The position numbers and the translations under genes are program-made. Below are positions 50,965-59,902 of a stretch of DNA of 64,000 bases, in pieces. Numbering within the stretch: the stretch's first letter is position 1; every line of letters starts with the position of its first letter. A model generated the notes under the pieces. The model was given only the letters and a program-made list of their open reading frames with translations. It was not told where the DNA came from and ran no database searches. The stretch is from a bacterium (GTDB lineage Bacteria > Zhuqueibacterota > Zhuqueibacteria > Residuimicrobiales > Krinioviventaceae), in NCBI GenBank assembly GCA_963693055.1, contig OY843751.1:5856001-5920000 (forward strand), in the 5' to 3' direction.

Positions 50965-53766
50965 ATGTGCATTATGGAAAATTCCACAAAATTTGTCCGC
51001 GTTGTTCTTGTTTCATTGCTTATGCTCCTCATGTTCCACCCATCTTTTTCAGCAAAAGATGAAGATTGCCTCATGTGTCATGCCGATGCAACCCTTACTA
51101 TGGAAAAAAACGGTAAAACAATTTCCGTTTTTGTTCCGGAAAACACATTAAAGGGTACCGTGCATGAAGAAAATGGATGCGTATCGTGCCATATTGACGC
51201 AGATGTTGAAGATTTTCCGCATGATACTCCGCTTGAAAAGGTGGATTGCAACATGTGTCATGATGATATTGGTGAAGATATGGCCCTTAGCACCCATGGC
51301 ATTGCACATGCAAAAGGTGATAAAGACGCACCCGTCTGTATCGATTGTCATAACAAGCATACGATATTAAAAAATACAAACCCAAAATCTTCTACATATG
51401 TTATGAACATCCCTATGCTATGTGGACAATGTCACAGTGAAGACAGCGAAGTTGCGCGCCGGCACAGAATCACCCAGTCTGACATTATTCAAAACTATAC
51501 CATGTCCATCCATGGAGAAGGTTTGTTCCAGGGTGGACTCATTGTTACCGCCGTTTGTACCAACTGCCATACCTCTCACAATGTGTTACCGCATACAAAC
51601 CCCAAATCCTCCATACATAGAGATAATATTGCAGGTACCTGTATGCAGTGCCACGCGCAGATTGAACGCGTACACCAAAAAGTGATCAAAGGTGAATTGT
51701 GGGAAAAACAACCCAACGCCATACCCGCCTGTGTGGATTGTCATTCACCTCACAAAATACGCCGTGTTTTTTACGCGGAAGAATTTACAGATCATTATTG
51801 CATGAATTGCCACGAAAAACAAGACCTTACCCGCAAACTGAAAGACGGAACCATAGATTCATTATATGTAGATGTGAGCGACTTGCAGCATTCCATTCAC
51901 GGACAAAATATTTCCTGTATCAAATGTCATACAAACGTCAGCAGGGGTAAACGTCCTGTTTGTCAAGATTCCGGCCCGGTAGATTGTTCCATTTGTCATG
52001 TTGAACAAGCTGACAATTTCTATTCCAGCATCCATGGCGAATTGTTTGCCAAAGGCGATGAAAATGCCCCTAGCTGTACCAACTGTCATGGTGGCCACAA
52101 GATCCTTGCCGGAGATAATTTGGAATCTCCAACCTTTACTCGTAATATTCCGGCTCTTTGCGCGCAATGTCACAGAGAAGGAGAAAAAGCCGCGGTAAGG
52201 TATACCGGCAAAGAAACCCAGGTTATAGAACATTACACCATGAGTATTCACGGCAAAGGTTTGTTTGACAGCGGACTCATGGTATCTGCCGTTTGCAGCG
52301 ATTGCCATACACCTCACAATGCTCTGCCAGCTAGCGATCCTGAATCAAGCGTGCACGATACCAATGTGGGCAAAACCTGCTCAAAATGTCACTTGGGTAT
52401 TTACGAGACATTTAAATCCTCCATTCACAGCCCCCTGGTATCCAAAACAGATAAAAAGCTACCTGCATGTAACGATTGCCACAAATCGCACGAAATTGAA
52501 CGTGTAGACCGTGACGATTTTCGTGCGCAGATACTGGGACAGTGCGGTCACTGTCATGAGGATGTTACAGAGACCTATTTTGAAACCTATCACGGCAAAG
52601 TTTCAAAACTGGGTTCAGAAAAAGCAGCCAAATGTTCCGACTGTCACGGTTCTCATAATATATTGCCGCCAACGAATATCGCTTCAACACTCAGTCGTGA
52701 CAATATCATAGAAACCTGTAAACAATGCCATCCCAATTCAAACCGCAAATTTACCGGCTATCTTACACATGCAACACATCATAATCGCGACAAATACCCG
52801 GCATTGTTTTACACGTTCTGGTTTATGACCTTTCTGGTTATAGGCGTTTTTGCTTTTTTCGGAATCCATACCATATTGTGGATCCCCCGGTCAATTCGAG
52901 AACGTATACGTATACACAAACATCTGTCCAAACACCCCAAACGCTGGATTGTTCGTTTTGGCAGGCTACCCAGAACACTGCATTTAATGGTCATTGTAAG
53001 CTTTTTGGGCCTTGCCTTAACCGGAATGAGCTTGAAATTTGCCGGTTACGAGTGGGCCTATAATATAAGCCAGTTCTTTGGCGGAGCCGAAGGCGCCGGC
53101 ATTGTTCATAGAATTTGTGCAATCATCACATTTCTCTATTTTATTCTCCACTTTGTATACATTGGTCGTGAAGCTAAAAAGAAAGGCATGAATTATTGGA
53201 AATTCATGTTTAACAAAAACGGAATGATTCCCACAAAACAGGATTTTATAGACTTTTTTCATACCATTCTCTGGTTCCTGGGTCGAAAAAAAGCTCCCCA
53301 TTATGGCAGGTGGACTTATTGGGAAAAATTTGATTACTTTGCTGTATTTTGGGGTGTTGCGGTTATTGGTTCAACGGGACTTGTGCTCTGGTTCCCGGAA
53401 TTCTTTACTCGTTTTTTACCAGGCTACCTGATCAATGTAGCAACAATCATTCATAGCGATGAAGCCTTGTTAGCAACCGGATTTATTTTTACAATCCACT
53501 TTTTCAACACGCATTTCAGACCCCAAAAATTCCCTATGGACCCGGTTATATTTACCGGCAAAGTTCCATACGAAGAATGGAAACTGGAAAGACCCAAAGA
53601 ATATCAGCAATTAAAAGAAACCGGAGAACTGGAAGGTTTAACGCGTGAAACTGAACCTCCCAGATGGTTAAATATTCTGTCCCGCATTTTTGGTTTCTTT
53701 TTCCTCTTATTAGGCCTGAGCCTGGTGGTTATGATTATTTGGGCAATGCTGACACAATATAAATAA
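50965..53766 (+). CDS. 19-heme cytochrome c fused to cytochrome b (expanded CbcL-like); start may be 50974
   Basis: 19 CxxCH motifs; C-terminal cytochrome b with YWEKFDYFAVFWG, IHSDEALLA, HFFN.H.RP.KFPMD. Confidence 0.9.
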   Translation: MCIMENSTKFVRVVLVSLLMLLMFHPSFSAKDEDCLMCHADATLTMEKNGKTISVFVPENTLKGTVHEENGCVSCHIDADVEDFPHDTPLEKVDCNMCHDDIGEDMALSTHGIAHAKGDKDAPVCIDCHNKHTILKNTNPKSSTYVMNIPMLCGQCHSEDSEVARRHRITQSDIIQNYTMSIHGEGLFQGGLIVTAVCTNCHTSHNVLPHTNPKSSIHRDNIAGTCMQCHAQIERVHQKVIKGELWEKQPNAIPACVDCHSPHKIRRVFYAEEFTDHYCMNCHEKQDLTRKLKDGTIDSLYVDVSDLQHSIHGQNISCIKCHTNVSRGKRPVCQDSGPVDCSICHVEQADNFYSSIHGELFAKGDENAPSCTNCHGGHKILAGDNLESPTFTRNIPALCAQCHREGEKAAVRYTGKETQVIEHYTMSIHGKGLFDSGLMVSAVCSDCHTPHNALPASDPESSVHDTNVGKTCSKCHLGIYETFKSSIHSPLVSKTDKKLPACNDCHKSHEIERVDRDDFRAQILGQCGHCHEDVTETYFETYHGKVSKLGSEKAAKCSDCHGSHNILPPTNIASTLSRDNIIETCKQCHPNSNRKFTGYLTHATHHNRDKYPALFYTFWFMTFLVIGVFAFFGIHTILWIPRSIRERIRIHKHLSKHPKRWIVRFGRLPRTLHLMVIVSFLGLALTGMSLKFAGYEWAYNISQFFGGAEGAGIVHRICAIITFLYFILHFVYIGREAKKKGMNYWKFMFNKNGMIPTKQDFIDFFHTILWFLGRKKAPHYGRWTYWEKFDYFAVFWGVAVIGSTGLVLWFPEFFTRFLPGYLINVATIIHSDEALLATGFIFTIHFFNTHFRPQKFPMDPVIFTGKVPYEEWKLERPKEYQQLKETGELEGLTRETEPPRWLNILSRIFGFFFLLLGLSLVVMIIWAMLTQYK

Positions 53767-53800
53767 AAAAAAGGCAAAGGATAACTCCTTTGCCTTTTTA
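53765..53800. terminator. Bidirectional terminator
   Basis: AAAAAGGCAAAGGA-TAAC-TCCTTTGCCTTTTT between convergent genes. Confidence 0.85.
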
Positions 53801-53820
53801 TAACATAAAACTCTTGGCAG

Positions 53821-54906
53821 CTAGAACGCTTCAACCACCAAAGCATAAATAGACATGGTTCCCCACTCATCAAAGCCCAGATCCAACCGGGCATTGATTT
53901 TCTCTCTTGTATCAAACATGAATCGAATTCCCGCACCATAACTGACTTTAAAATCCCGCAGGTGAAAATGATCAACCTTGCATGCAACATCTCCCAATCC
54001 GGCAAAAAACACACCTCCAAAACGCCAGAACAATGGATACCTATACTCGGTTTGCATGGTAATCATATTATTATCCCGATACCGGCCAAAATAATAACCT
54101 CGCATCCAATAAGATCCGCCAAGCAGACCCATCATCTGAAATGGGGGATTCCCATCTATAAAGATGTTATAGCTGTGAAAGGCAAGCACGTGGTTCCTGA
54201 ATATGGGCATATAATGGCGCAGATCCAGGGTATACATTGTAAAATCAAAATCACTTCCAATAGCTGAACCAAAAGAGACCGCATAAAACTGATGATAATG
54301 ACCACTCGTTGGAAAATAAGTGTGATTACGCGTATCCCAGTTTACAAGAATACCCAAACCCGATGCCGCCCCGTCACCACTCCCAGGTATTGTTTGATAT
54401 TGCAATATACCATTGGGATCTGTTTCTTTTAAAGCAATATACTCAAACTGGTAACGGATACCGGTATACAATCCCGGTAATATCCGCTTTTGGATGTTGG
54501 TAAAGGTTCGAATTAACGAGGGGGTAAAATCTTCTTCACTTTCATCAGGAGTATTGCTGCCTGCACCCCAGTATTTATCAGGATATTTATAATAATTATA
54601 GGTGCCGTTTACAAGCCATGCTTCATTATTAAAATAAAGCTCCGGTTGAATGGCAAATAACAATTGTTTTCTCTGTGTAAACGTCAGTGCAACTTTGATG
54701 TTTGATGGGCGAACATCCGTCTTGCTGTCTGCTGCTCTAAATGAATAAACACTCCCCACACCCGCAGCTATATCCGTTTCCGGAGTAAAATAAGCATAAG
54801 GAAGAGCAACCAAACTGTTTCTGTTTTGATCCTGCGCATGGGCAAGAACAAAAAGCAGCAATAACAAAATTGCGCTCAATCGAATTTTAAACATACATTT
54901 TTTCAT
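53821..54906 (-). CDS. BamA/TamA (Omp85) barrel-only outer-membrane protein
   Basis: LP...FTPET, DTRN, LGG...MRGY..GRYRD, GAGIRF, C-terminal EAF; start refined. Confidence 0.85.
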   Translation of the reverse strand: MKKCMFKIRLSAILLLLLFVLAHAQDQNRNSLVALPYAYFTPETDIAAGVGSVYSFRAADSKTDVRPSNIKVALTFTQRKQLLFAIQPELYFNNEAWLVNGTYNYYKYPDKYWGAGSNTPDESEEDFTPSLIRTFTNIQKRILPGLYTGIRYQFEYIALKETDPNGILQYQTIPGSGDGAASGLGILVNWDTRNHTYFPTSGHYHQFYAVSFGSAIGSDFDFTMYTLDLRHYMPIFRNHVLAFHSYNIFIDGNPPFQMMGLLGGSYWMRGYYFGRYRDNNMITMQTEYRYPLFWRFGGVFFAGLGDVACKVDHFHLRDFKVSYGAGIRFMFDTREKINARLDLGFDEWGTMSIYALVVEAF

Positions 54907-54949
54907 GTTTACAATGTATAAATATCTCGAAACTATTACAATCATTATA

Positions 54950-55140
54950 TAAAAAAACCCCGCCAAAAGTATAAGCGGGGTTATTAAACTATAAGCATCC
55001 GGATTACCTGGTGCTAACAAGCTTCACCGGAGGCTCTTATTATCGTACTAATAATAATAAGATCACCTCCTTTCAACAGGGCATCCGTATTCACATCGAG
55101 TCGCTCCCTGTCAGCAACCCAACGTAGCGTGAATTAGGTA
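54950..55140 (-). ncRNA. Candidate structured RNA: pseudoknot, sequestered extended SD and terminator
   Basis: Manual folding; G.U pairs favour the minus strand; ends in CCCCGC..GCGGGG followed by a U-run. Confidence 0.55.
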
Positions 55141-55184
55141 GCTTTGCTATATTTTAAAACCATTTCCTTATTCTATTTATTCCG

Positions 55185-56687
55185 TTATATCGGTGGAGAA
55201 GAGTGACATTCGCTGCAATTTAGATATTGCCAGTCTCCATCAATATCAACCGGATGAACAAAATCAAGTGCGTCACGGGTTGAAGTAAACTGAACATCAC
55301 CTTCTTTACCCTGTGCCGTAATTAAATGACAATCATTACATGTCTTCGATATCACATCACCATCATCACTTTCATGCAGATCATCATGACACCTGAAACA
55401 ACCATTCGATGTCATATGACCTATATGGTTAGGATAGCCTTCCCAGGTCACTTTCATTTCCGGAAAAATGTTTTGCGAAAAAGCTTCCTGAACACCAATG
55501 ACAGATTTTAATAACCTGCCTTTATTTAAAATGGCATCGGGATAATTTTCTTCATAAAATGTTGTTAAATACTCTTTAATACCGTCCATTGCCAGCTCTG
55601 TTGATTCATATTCCTGTAAACATGCTTCAATAGCAGCCTGTTTTACCATTGGCAACGATGCATCTATTTGACCACTGGCAATTGCAATATTGATAAAACT
55701 AGATGGATCATTATAAATGTGACTGGGTCGGTTATGACAGTCAATACAATCCATTGTGCGTCTTTCAATATATTCCGCATCCTCGTCCAGAGGTTCATCG
55801 GTATTGTTATACGTTGTAACCTTGCCTGTGACTTTATTGGTCAGAATAACCTGAGGTATAGTTTCTCTTTTTTCATCTGTAGTGATATACTCTATTTTAA
55901 TATCGGGATTAATATGCCAGTGAATACCTGTCGATTGCCCCATACTCGGGTTTCCGCCACCGGTGTTCATCAACATGTCAATCTCCCAGCGCGTATTCTC
56001 CTCATCGGCAAGATAATAATATTCCATGCGCTGCTGCTTGCCATAAATTTTTTGCGGCCAGTGACACTCTTCGCAGGTCTCTCTTGCGGGTCTCAAATTC
56101 TCAACAGGCGTGGGTATGGGTTTGGGATATTTGTTTGTTAGGGTTGCATACACCTGGTATAATCCACTCAATTTAGATTTTACATACCAGTTCGCCCCTT
56201 CTCCCACATGACATTCTGCGCAGGTAACCCGGGCATGTGGTGAATTATGATAGGCGGTATATTCGGGTATCATTAAATTGTGGCACAAAGTCCCGCAAAA
56301 GGTTACAGACTCTGTATAATGATAAGCTTCATAGCTGCCCAATGCAGATAGAAACAGAAAAACCAGAGTACAAATTGTAAATATGATTGTAGCGTTTCTA
56401 TGTCTGGGATTATTCAGGTCAAGTATTGGAAAATCATCCGATACTTTTTTACCCAACTTTTTCTCTCTTCTTGATTTTCGCAACATTCCAATGGGAATCA
56501 ATAAAAGCCCCAAAATAATAAATGCAGGTACTATCATAAAAATGACAATCCCCACATAGGCTTTATCTAATGATGATAACGAAGATAATACATAAAGAAA
56601 AACAAACATAAATGTTGCGATGAGCGCAATTGCGGCACCAGTGTAGGAAATTATGTTGTAAAAGGACCGTGGTAAATGAAGTTTCAT
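55185..56687 (-). CDS. NapC/NirT family heptaheme membrane cytochrome c (ImcH-like)
   Basis: 3 N-terminal TM helices; CGTLCH plus 6 CxxCH; SPHARV.C.ECH, LRPARETCE.CHWP, DC.DCHNRP.H. Confidence 0.88.
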   Translation of the reverse strand: MKLHLPRSFYNIISYTGAAIALIATFMFVFLYVLSSLSSLDKAYVGIVIFMIVPAFIILGLLLIPIGMLRKSRREKKLGKKVSDDFPILDLNNPRHRNATIIFTICTLVFLFLSALGSYEAYHYTESVTFCGTLCHNLMIPEYTAYHNSPHARVTCAECHVGEGANWYVKSKLSGLYQVYATLTNKYPKPIPTPVENLRPARETCEECHWPQKIYGKQQRMEYYYLADEENTRWEIDMLMNTGGGNPSMGQSTGIHWHINPDIKIEYITTDEKRETIPQVILTNKVTGKVTTYNNTDEPLDEDAEYIERRTMDCIDCHNRPSHIYNDPSSFINIAIASGQIDASLPMVKQAAIEACLQEYESTELAMDGIKEYLTTFYEENYPDAILNKGRLLKSVIGVQEAFSQNIFPEMKVTWEGYPNHIGHMTSNGCFRCHDDLHESDDGDVISKTCNDCHLITAQGKEGDVQFTSTRDALDFVHPVDIDGDWQYLNCSECHSSPPI

Positions 56688-56704
56688 TGTTCGCCCTTTC
56701 AAAT

Positions 56705-56722
56705 TGGTTATATATTTAACAA
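56705..56722. promoter_or_regulatory. Rex-like operator
   Basis: Minus strand TTGTTAA-ATAT-ATAACCA, two mismatches to TTGTTAANNNNTTAACAA. Confidence 0.45.
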
Positions 56723-56843
56723 TATAGATTTTAAACATACAACGCAACACTTATTACATATTAATTTTACACGGTTCCGCAATCTGCTTGGCAATTTCTA
56801 TTCATCTTTTTTTAAAAAATGTTTTTACAATCATCAAATCAAA

Positions 56844-57260
56844 CTATCTCTTGAATAAACGAACTATTAGTGCATCCAGGCTATATTTCCCTGGCCCCAT
56901 AAGTAAGGTTGCAGCAGAAATGATTGCAAATGTTAACGGTAACTCTTTTCTACCAAAAGGATCGTCAGCATGGGCACCAAAAGCAGCAACCAGCATTGTA
57001 AATATTACAAACAACAACGCCGGTCTGAAAAACAAACCCAATATGATGAAAATACCACCTAAAAATTCACTAAAAGCCGCCGCATATGCAAAAAATTCAG
57101 GAAATGGAAAGCCCAAATCGGCCACCCCTCCGGCAAAACCTTCTATATTACCAAAAACTTTTTTATACCCATGCATAGCCATCATTGATCCTAACCAGAT
57201 TCTCAACAAGAGTATAGATACATCTGCGAGTGTTACTTTTGTATTTAATATTTTGAGCAT
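56844..57260 (-). CDS. DoxX family membrane protein
   Basis: LLLR...G..M..HG..K, E.LGG....LG...R, GPGKYSLD. Confidence 0.9.
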   Translation of the reverse strand: MLKILNTKVTLADVSILLLRIWLGSMMAMHGYKKVFGNIEGFAGGVADLGFPFPEFFAYAAAFSEFLGGIFIILGLFFRPALLFVIFTMLVAAFGAHADDPFGRKELPLTFAIISAATLLMGPGKYSLDALIVRLFKR

Positions 57261-57346
57261 AAATCACCTCTTTTGAATAACATTTCCGTCAAAACGGAAC
57301 ACCTTTTATTTTTACGAGTTTAATATAATGACAGTCTAACTAAAAA

Positions 57347-58384
57347 GTGATGACCATGAACAATACATTGTTTGAATATATGATATCTACACCCCATCCC
57401 GCAGTAACAGATGGAGAAACAATCGGGTATTCACGCAAAGGTCAACCTATTCAGGCTTTTCGTTTGGGTTCGGGTTCACTGAATATCAGCCTTATTGGCG
57501 GATTACATGCAGATGAGCCCGTGGGTCCCCGATTTTTACGGCATTTCACCACTTTTTTACGTATGCTGCCAAACAATCATATGCTATTAACAAAATTTAC
57601 GTGGTGGATCATCCCGCATGGGAATCCGGATGGAGAATTAAACAATGCGATTTGGACTGCAAAAGGTAATGGCTTTTACCAACTGTCCAACTATTTATTA
57701 TCTGCTGTGCGAGAAGCTCCGGGCGATGATATGGAGTTTGGCTTTCCTATAGATCAGCACGATAAACACGCGCGTCCTGAGAATAAAGCGATTTATCGCT
57801 GGTGGGAAACTGCGGAAAATCCATTTCAGCTTCACATGTCTTGTCATGGCATGCTGTTTGGTGAAGGCCCCTGGTTTTTAATTGACTCAACATGGATCAG
57901 CAGAAGCAAACCAATCATAGAATCATGCACCGCGCTTACGGAAGAGCTGGGTTATCGGTTAAATGACAGTAATCGCCAAGGCGAAAAGGGCTTTACGCGA
58001 ATTACCAAAGGCTTTAGTACACGCCCCGATTCCAAATACATGAAAGAATATTTTATGGATTTGAACGAGCCGGAAATGGCTGCAAAATTCCGTCCCAGTT
58101 CCATGGAAGCGATCCGCTCCATTAGCGGAGATACCCTTACACTGGTTTCTGAAACACCGCTTTTTCTTGTACCACAAACATTTGATTCTAACATCAGCCA
58201 GACAAGCATAACACAAAAATGGCGCGAACAATTTGACATTTGGCGCAGAGATGGCAATCCGGAACGTATCGAAAAAGAAGCAAATATGCTGGGAATTAAA
58301 CCCATGGCGGTTAAAGATCAGATGAAGATCATTTTCTCGTTTCTGTTTTCCGGTCTATCCTTAATTGAACCCATAGAAATTTGA
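57347..58384 (+). CDS. M14 family zinc carboxypeptidase-like protein
   Basis: IGYSRKG.PI, GLHADE, P..NPDG, S.HG. Confidence 0.8.
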   Translation: MMTMNNTLFEYMISTPHPAVTDGETIGYSRKGQPIQAFRLGSGSLNISLIGGLHADEPVGPRFLRHFTTFLRMLPNNHMLLTKFTWWIIPHGNPDGELNNAIWTAKGNGFYQLSNYLLSAVREAPGDDMEFGFPIDQHDKHARPENKAIYRWWETAENPFQLHMSCHGMLFGEGPWFLIDSTWISRSKPIIESCTALTEELGYRLNDSNRQGEKGFTRITKGFSTRPDSKYMKEYFMDLNEPEMAAKFRPSSMEAIRSISGDTLTLVSETPLFLVPQTFDSNISQTSITQKWREQFDIWRRDGNPERIEKEANMLGIKPMAVKDQMKIIFSFLFSGLSLIEPIEI

Positions 58385-58454
58385 CCCTCATAAACGCGCG
58401 TTTTGTCTCAATGGTTAGCAACGACATTATTAAAACAAACCGCGCGTTTACCCA

Positions 58455-58486
58455 TAAAAAAAGCCCGTGCTGAATCAACCCGGGCT
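58455..58486 (-). terminator. Rho-independent terminator after lemA
   Basis: AGCCCG..CGGGCT with a T-run on the minus strand. Confidence 0.6.
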
Positions 58487-58506
58487 AATAAAATCTTAAA
58501 TTCAGA

Positions 58507-59124
58507 TTATTTATTTCCAAAATCCACTTTGGGTGCTTGCTGAGCTTCCTCAGGCGCTTCAAAATAAGCTCGCTGTTGAAAACCAAACATACCGGCAAAA
58601 AGATTGGTGGGAAACATGCGTATCTTGCGGTTATATGCCTGCACTGATTCGTTAAAACGTCTCCGCTCTACCGCTATACGGTTTTCCGTTCCCGCCAACT
58701 CGTCCTGCAAGCGAATAAAATTTTCATTTGCTTTTAACTCAGGATACCTTTCAACAACCACCATCAAGCGCCCCAAAGCCTGGGTCAGGTTGTTTTGTGC
58801 CTGTGAAAACTGTTCCATCTGTTGAGGGTTATTTAACAACCCTTCTGCGTTTATATTTGGGCGTGTTGCATTGGCACGTGCCTGTACAACAGCTTCAAGG
58901 GTTTCCCGTTCGTGACTGGCATATCCTTTAACAGTTTCAACAAGGTTGGGAATCAAATCAAACCTTCTTTGTAATACATTTTCAACCTGGGCCCAATTGC
59001 CGTTCACCTGCTCATCCAGTTGGACCAGTCCATTGTACATATTCTTGAACATTCCAACAAGGATAAACCCAATAACAAGGATGACGATCAAGGCACCGCA
59101 TCCTATTTTCATACCTTTAGACAT
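58507..59124 (-). CDS. lemA: LemA family protein
   Basis: YN.LV, QRRFDLIPNLVETVKGYA.HE, E.YPELKAN, ELAGTENRIAVERRRFN. Confidence 0.95.
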   Translation of the reverse strand: MSKGMKIGCGALIVILVIGFILVGMFKNMYNGLVQLDEQVNGNWAQVENVLQRRFDLIPNLVETVKGYASHERETLEAVVQARANATRPNINAEGLLNNPQQMEQFSQAQNNLTQALGRLMVVVERYPELKANENFIRLQDELAGTENRIAVERRRFNESVQAYNRKIRMFPTNLFAGMFGFQQRAYFEAPEEAQQAPKVDFGNK

Positions 59125-59138
59125 TCATGCTCTCCTGT

Positions 59139-59867
59139 TTACTTGATTTGGTCTACAATATTACTCAATTTTCTAATTTCTTCTATGTAACGTTCTGTTA
59201 ATTCAACTAATTCCGCGGTAGAGTGTTTTGATGTTTTACTCCACACGCTGATAATTTCCTGAAAAACCTGCCTATCAAGATCAAACACCTCGGCAGTTTT
59301 TAACAATGTTTCATCTTTATGCTTTGGCGTATCAATATCCTTTAATTCAAGCAATGCAGTAAAAATTGATGCAAAAGTTGGTATTGTTATAGATAGCATT
59401 TCAATCAACGCATCTTTTTTACCCACAGTCAGCATAAAGTTTTTACGTAAATGCAGTAACTTTCCTTTGACCTGCTCTTCACATTTTAAACGTAAATCTG
59501 TTTTAGATATCTCTATTTCTGAAAGAATGTCTTTACCAAAAACAGGTTTATGATACATTTTCATATTCAAAAACTCTATGGGAAAACTGTCCAGAGAGGA
59601 TTGAATATAATTCTCTGTTAGAAACAACGGTACCGATACAGACCGTTTGCTCCAGCGTTTTACCAAATCAAAGGACTTGCTTAGCTTTTGAATACCTGAT
59701 TCACTCAGCACAACCAAAAAATTTATATCAGATTTTTTGTATTGATACTCGCCTTTGGCCCCGCTGCCGTATAAAGCTATAGATACAACCTCGTCGCCAA
59801 AAACAGACTGTATGTCTTGCGTAAACTCGGGAAAAATCTCTTCAGGAGTTTGAGGTATTTTAGACAT
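59139..59867 (-). CDS. Pol-beta-superfamily nucleotidyltransferase-like protein
   Basis: LYGSGAKGEY...SDINFLVV and S.D.FPIEF; true start MSKIPQ, since the ORF extension overlaps the upstream gene's Gly tail. Confidence 0.75.
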   Translation of the reverse strand: MSKIPQTPEEIFPEFTQDIQSVFGDEVVSIALYGSGAKGEYQYKKSDINFLVVLSESGIQKLSKSFDLVKRWSKRSVSVPLFLTENYIQSSLDSFPIEFLNMKMYHKPVFGKDILSEIEISKTDLRLKCEEQVKGKLLHLRKNFMLTVGKKDALIEMLSITIPTFASIFTALLELKDIDTPKHKDETLLKTAEVFDLDRQVFQEIISVWSKTSKHSTAELVELTERYIEEIRKLSNIVDQIK

Positions 59868-59902
59868 GTAAAGGCCTCCATTTTCTATTTTAATTTTTAA
59901 AA

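Noticed and set aside
55061-55074. 16S rRNA fragment or tmRNA
   Set aside because: Only 14 nt match the 16S tail with no flanking rRNA sequence. There are no tRNA-like tmRNA ends and no Ala-ending tag.
58391-58450. Inverted repeat TAAACGCGCG...CGCGCGTTTA
   Set aside because: It lies between convergent genes and is adequately explained as a terminator or stabilising hairpin. No target duplication or second copy was seen.
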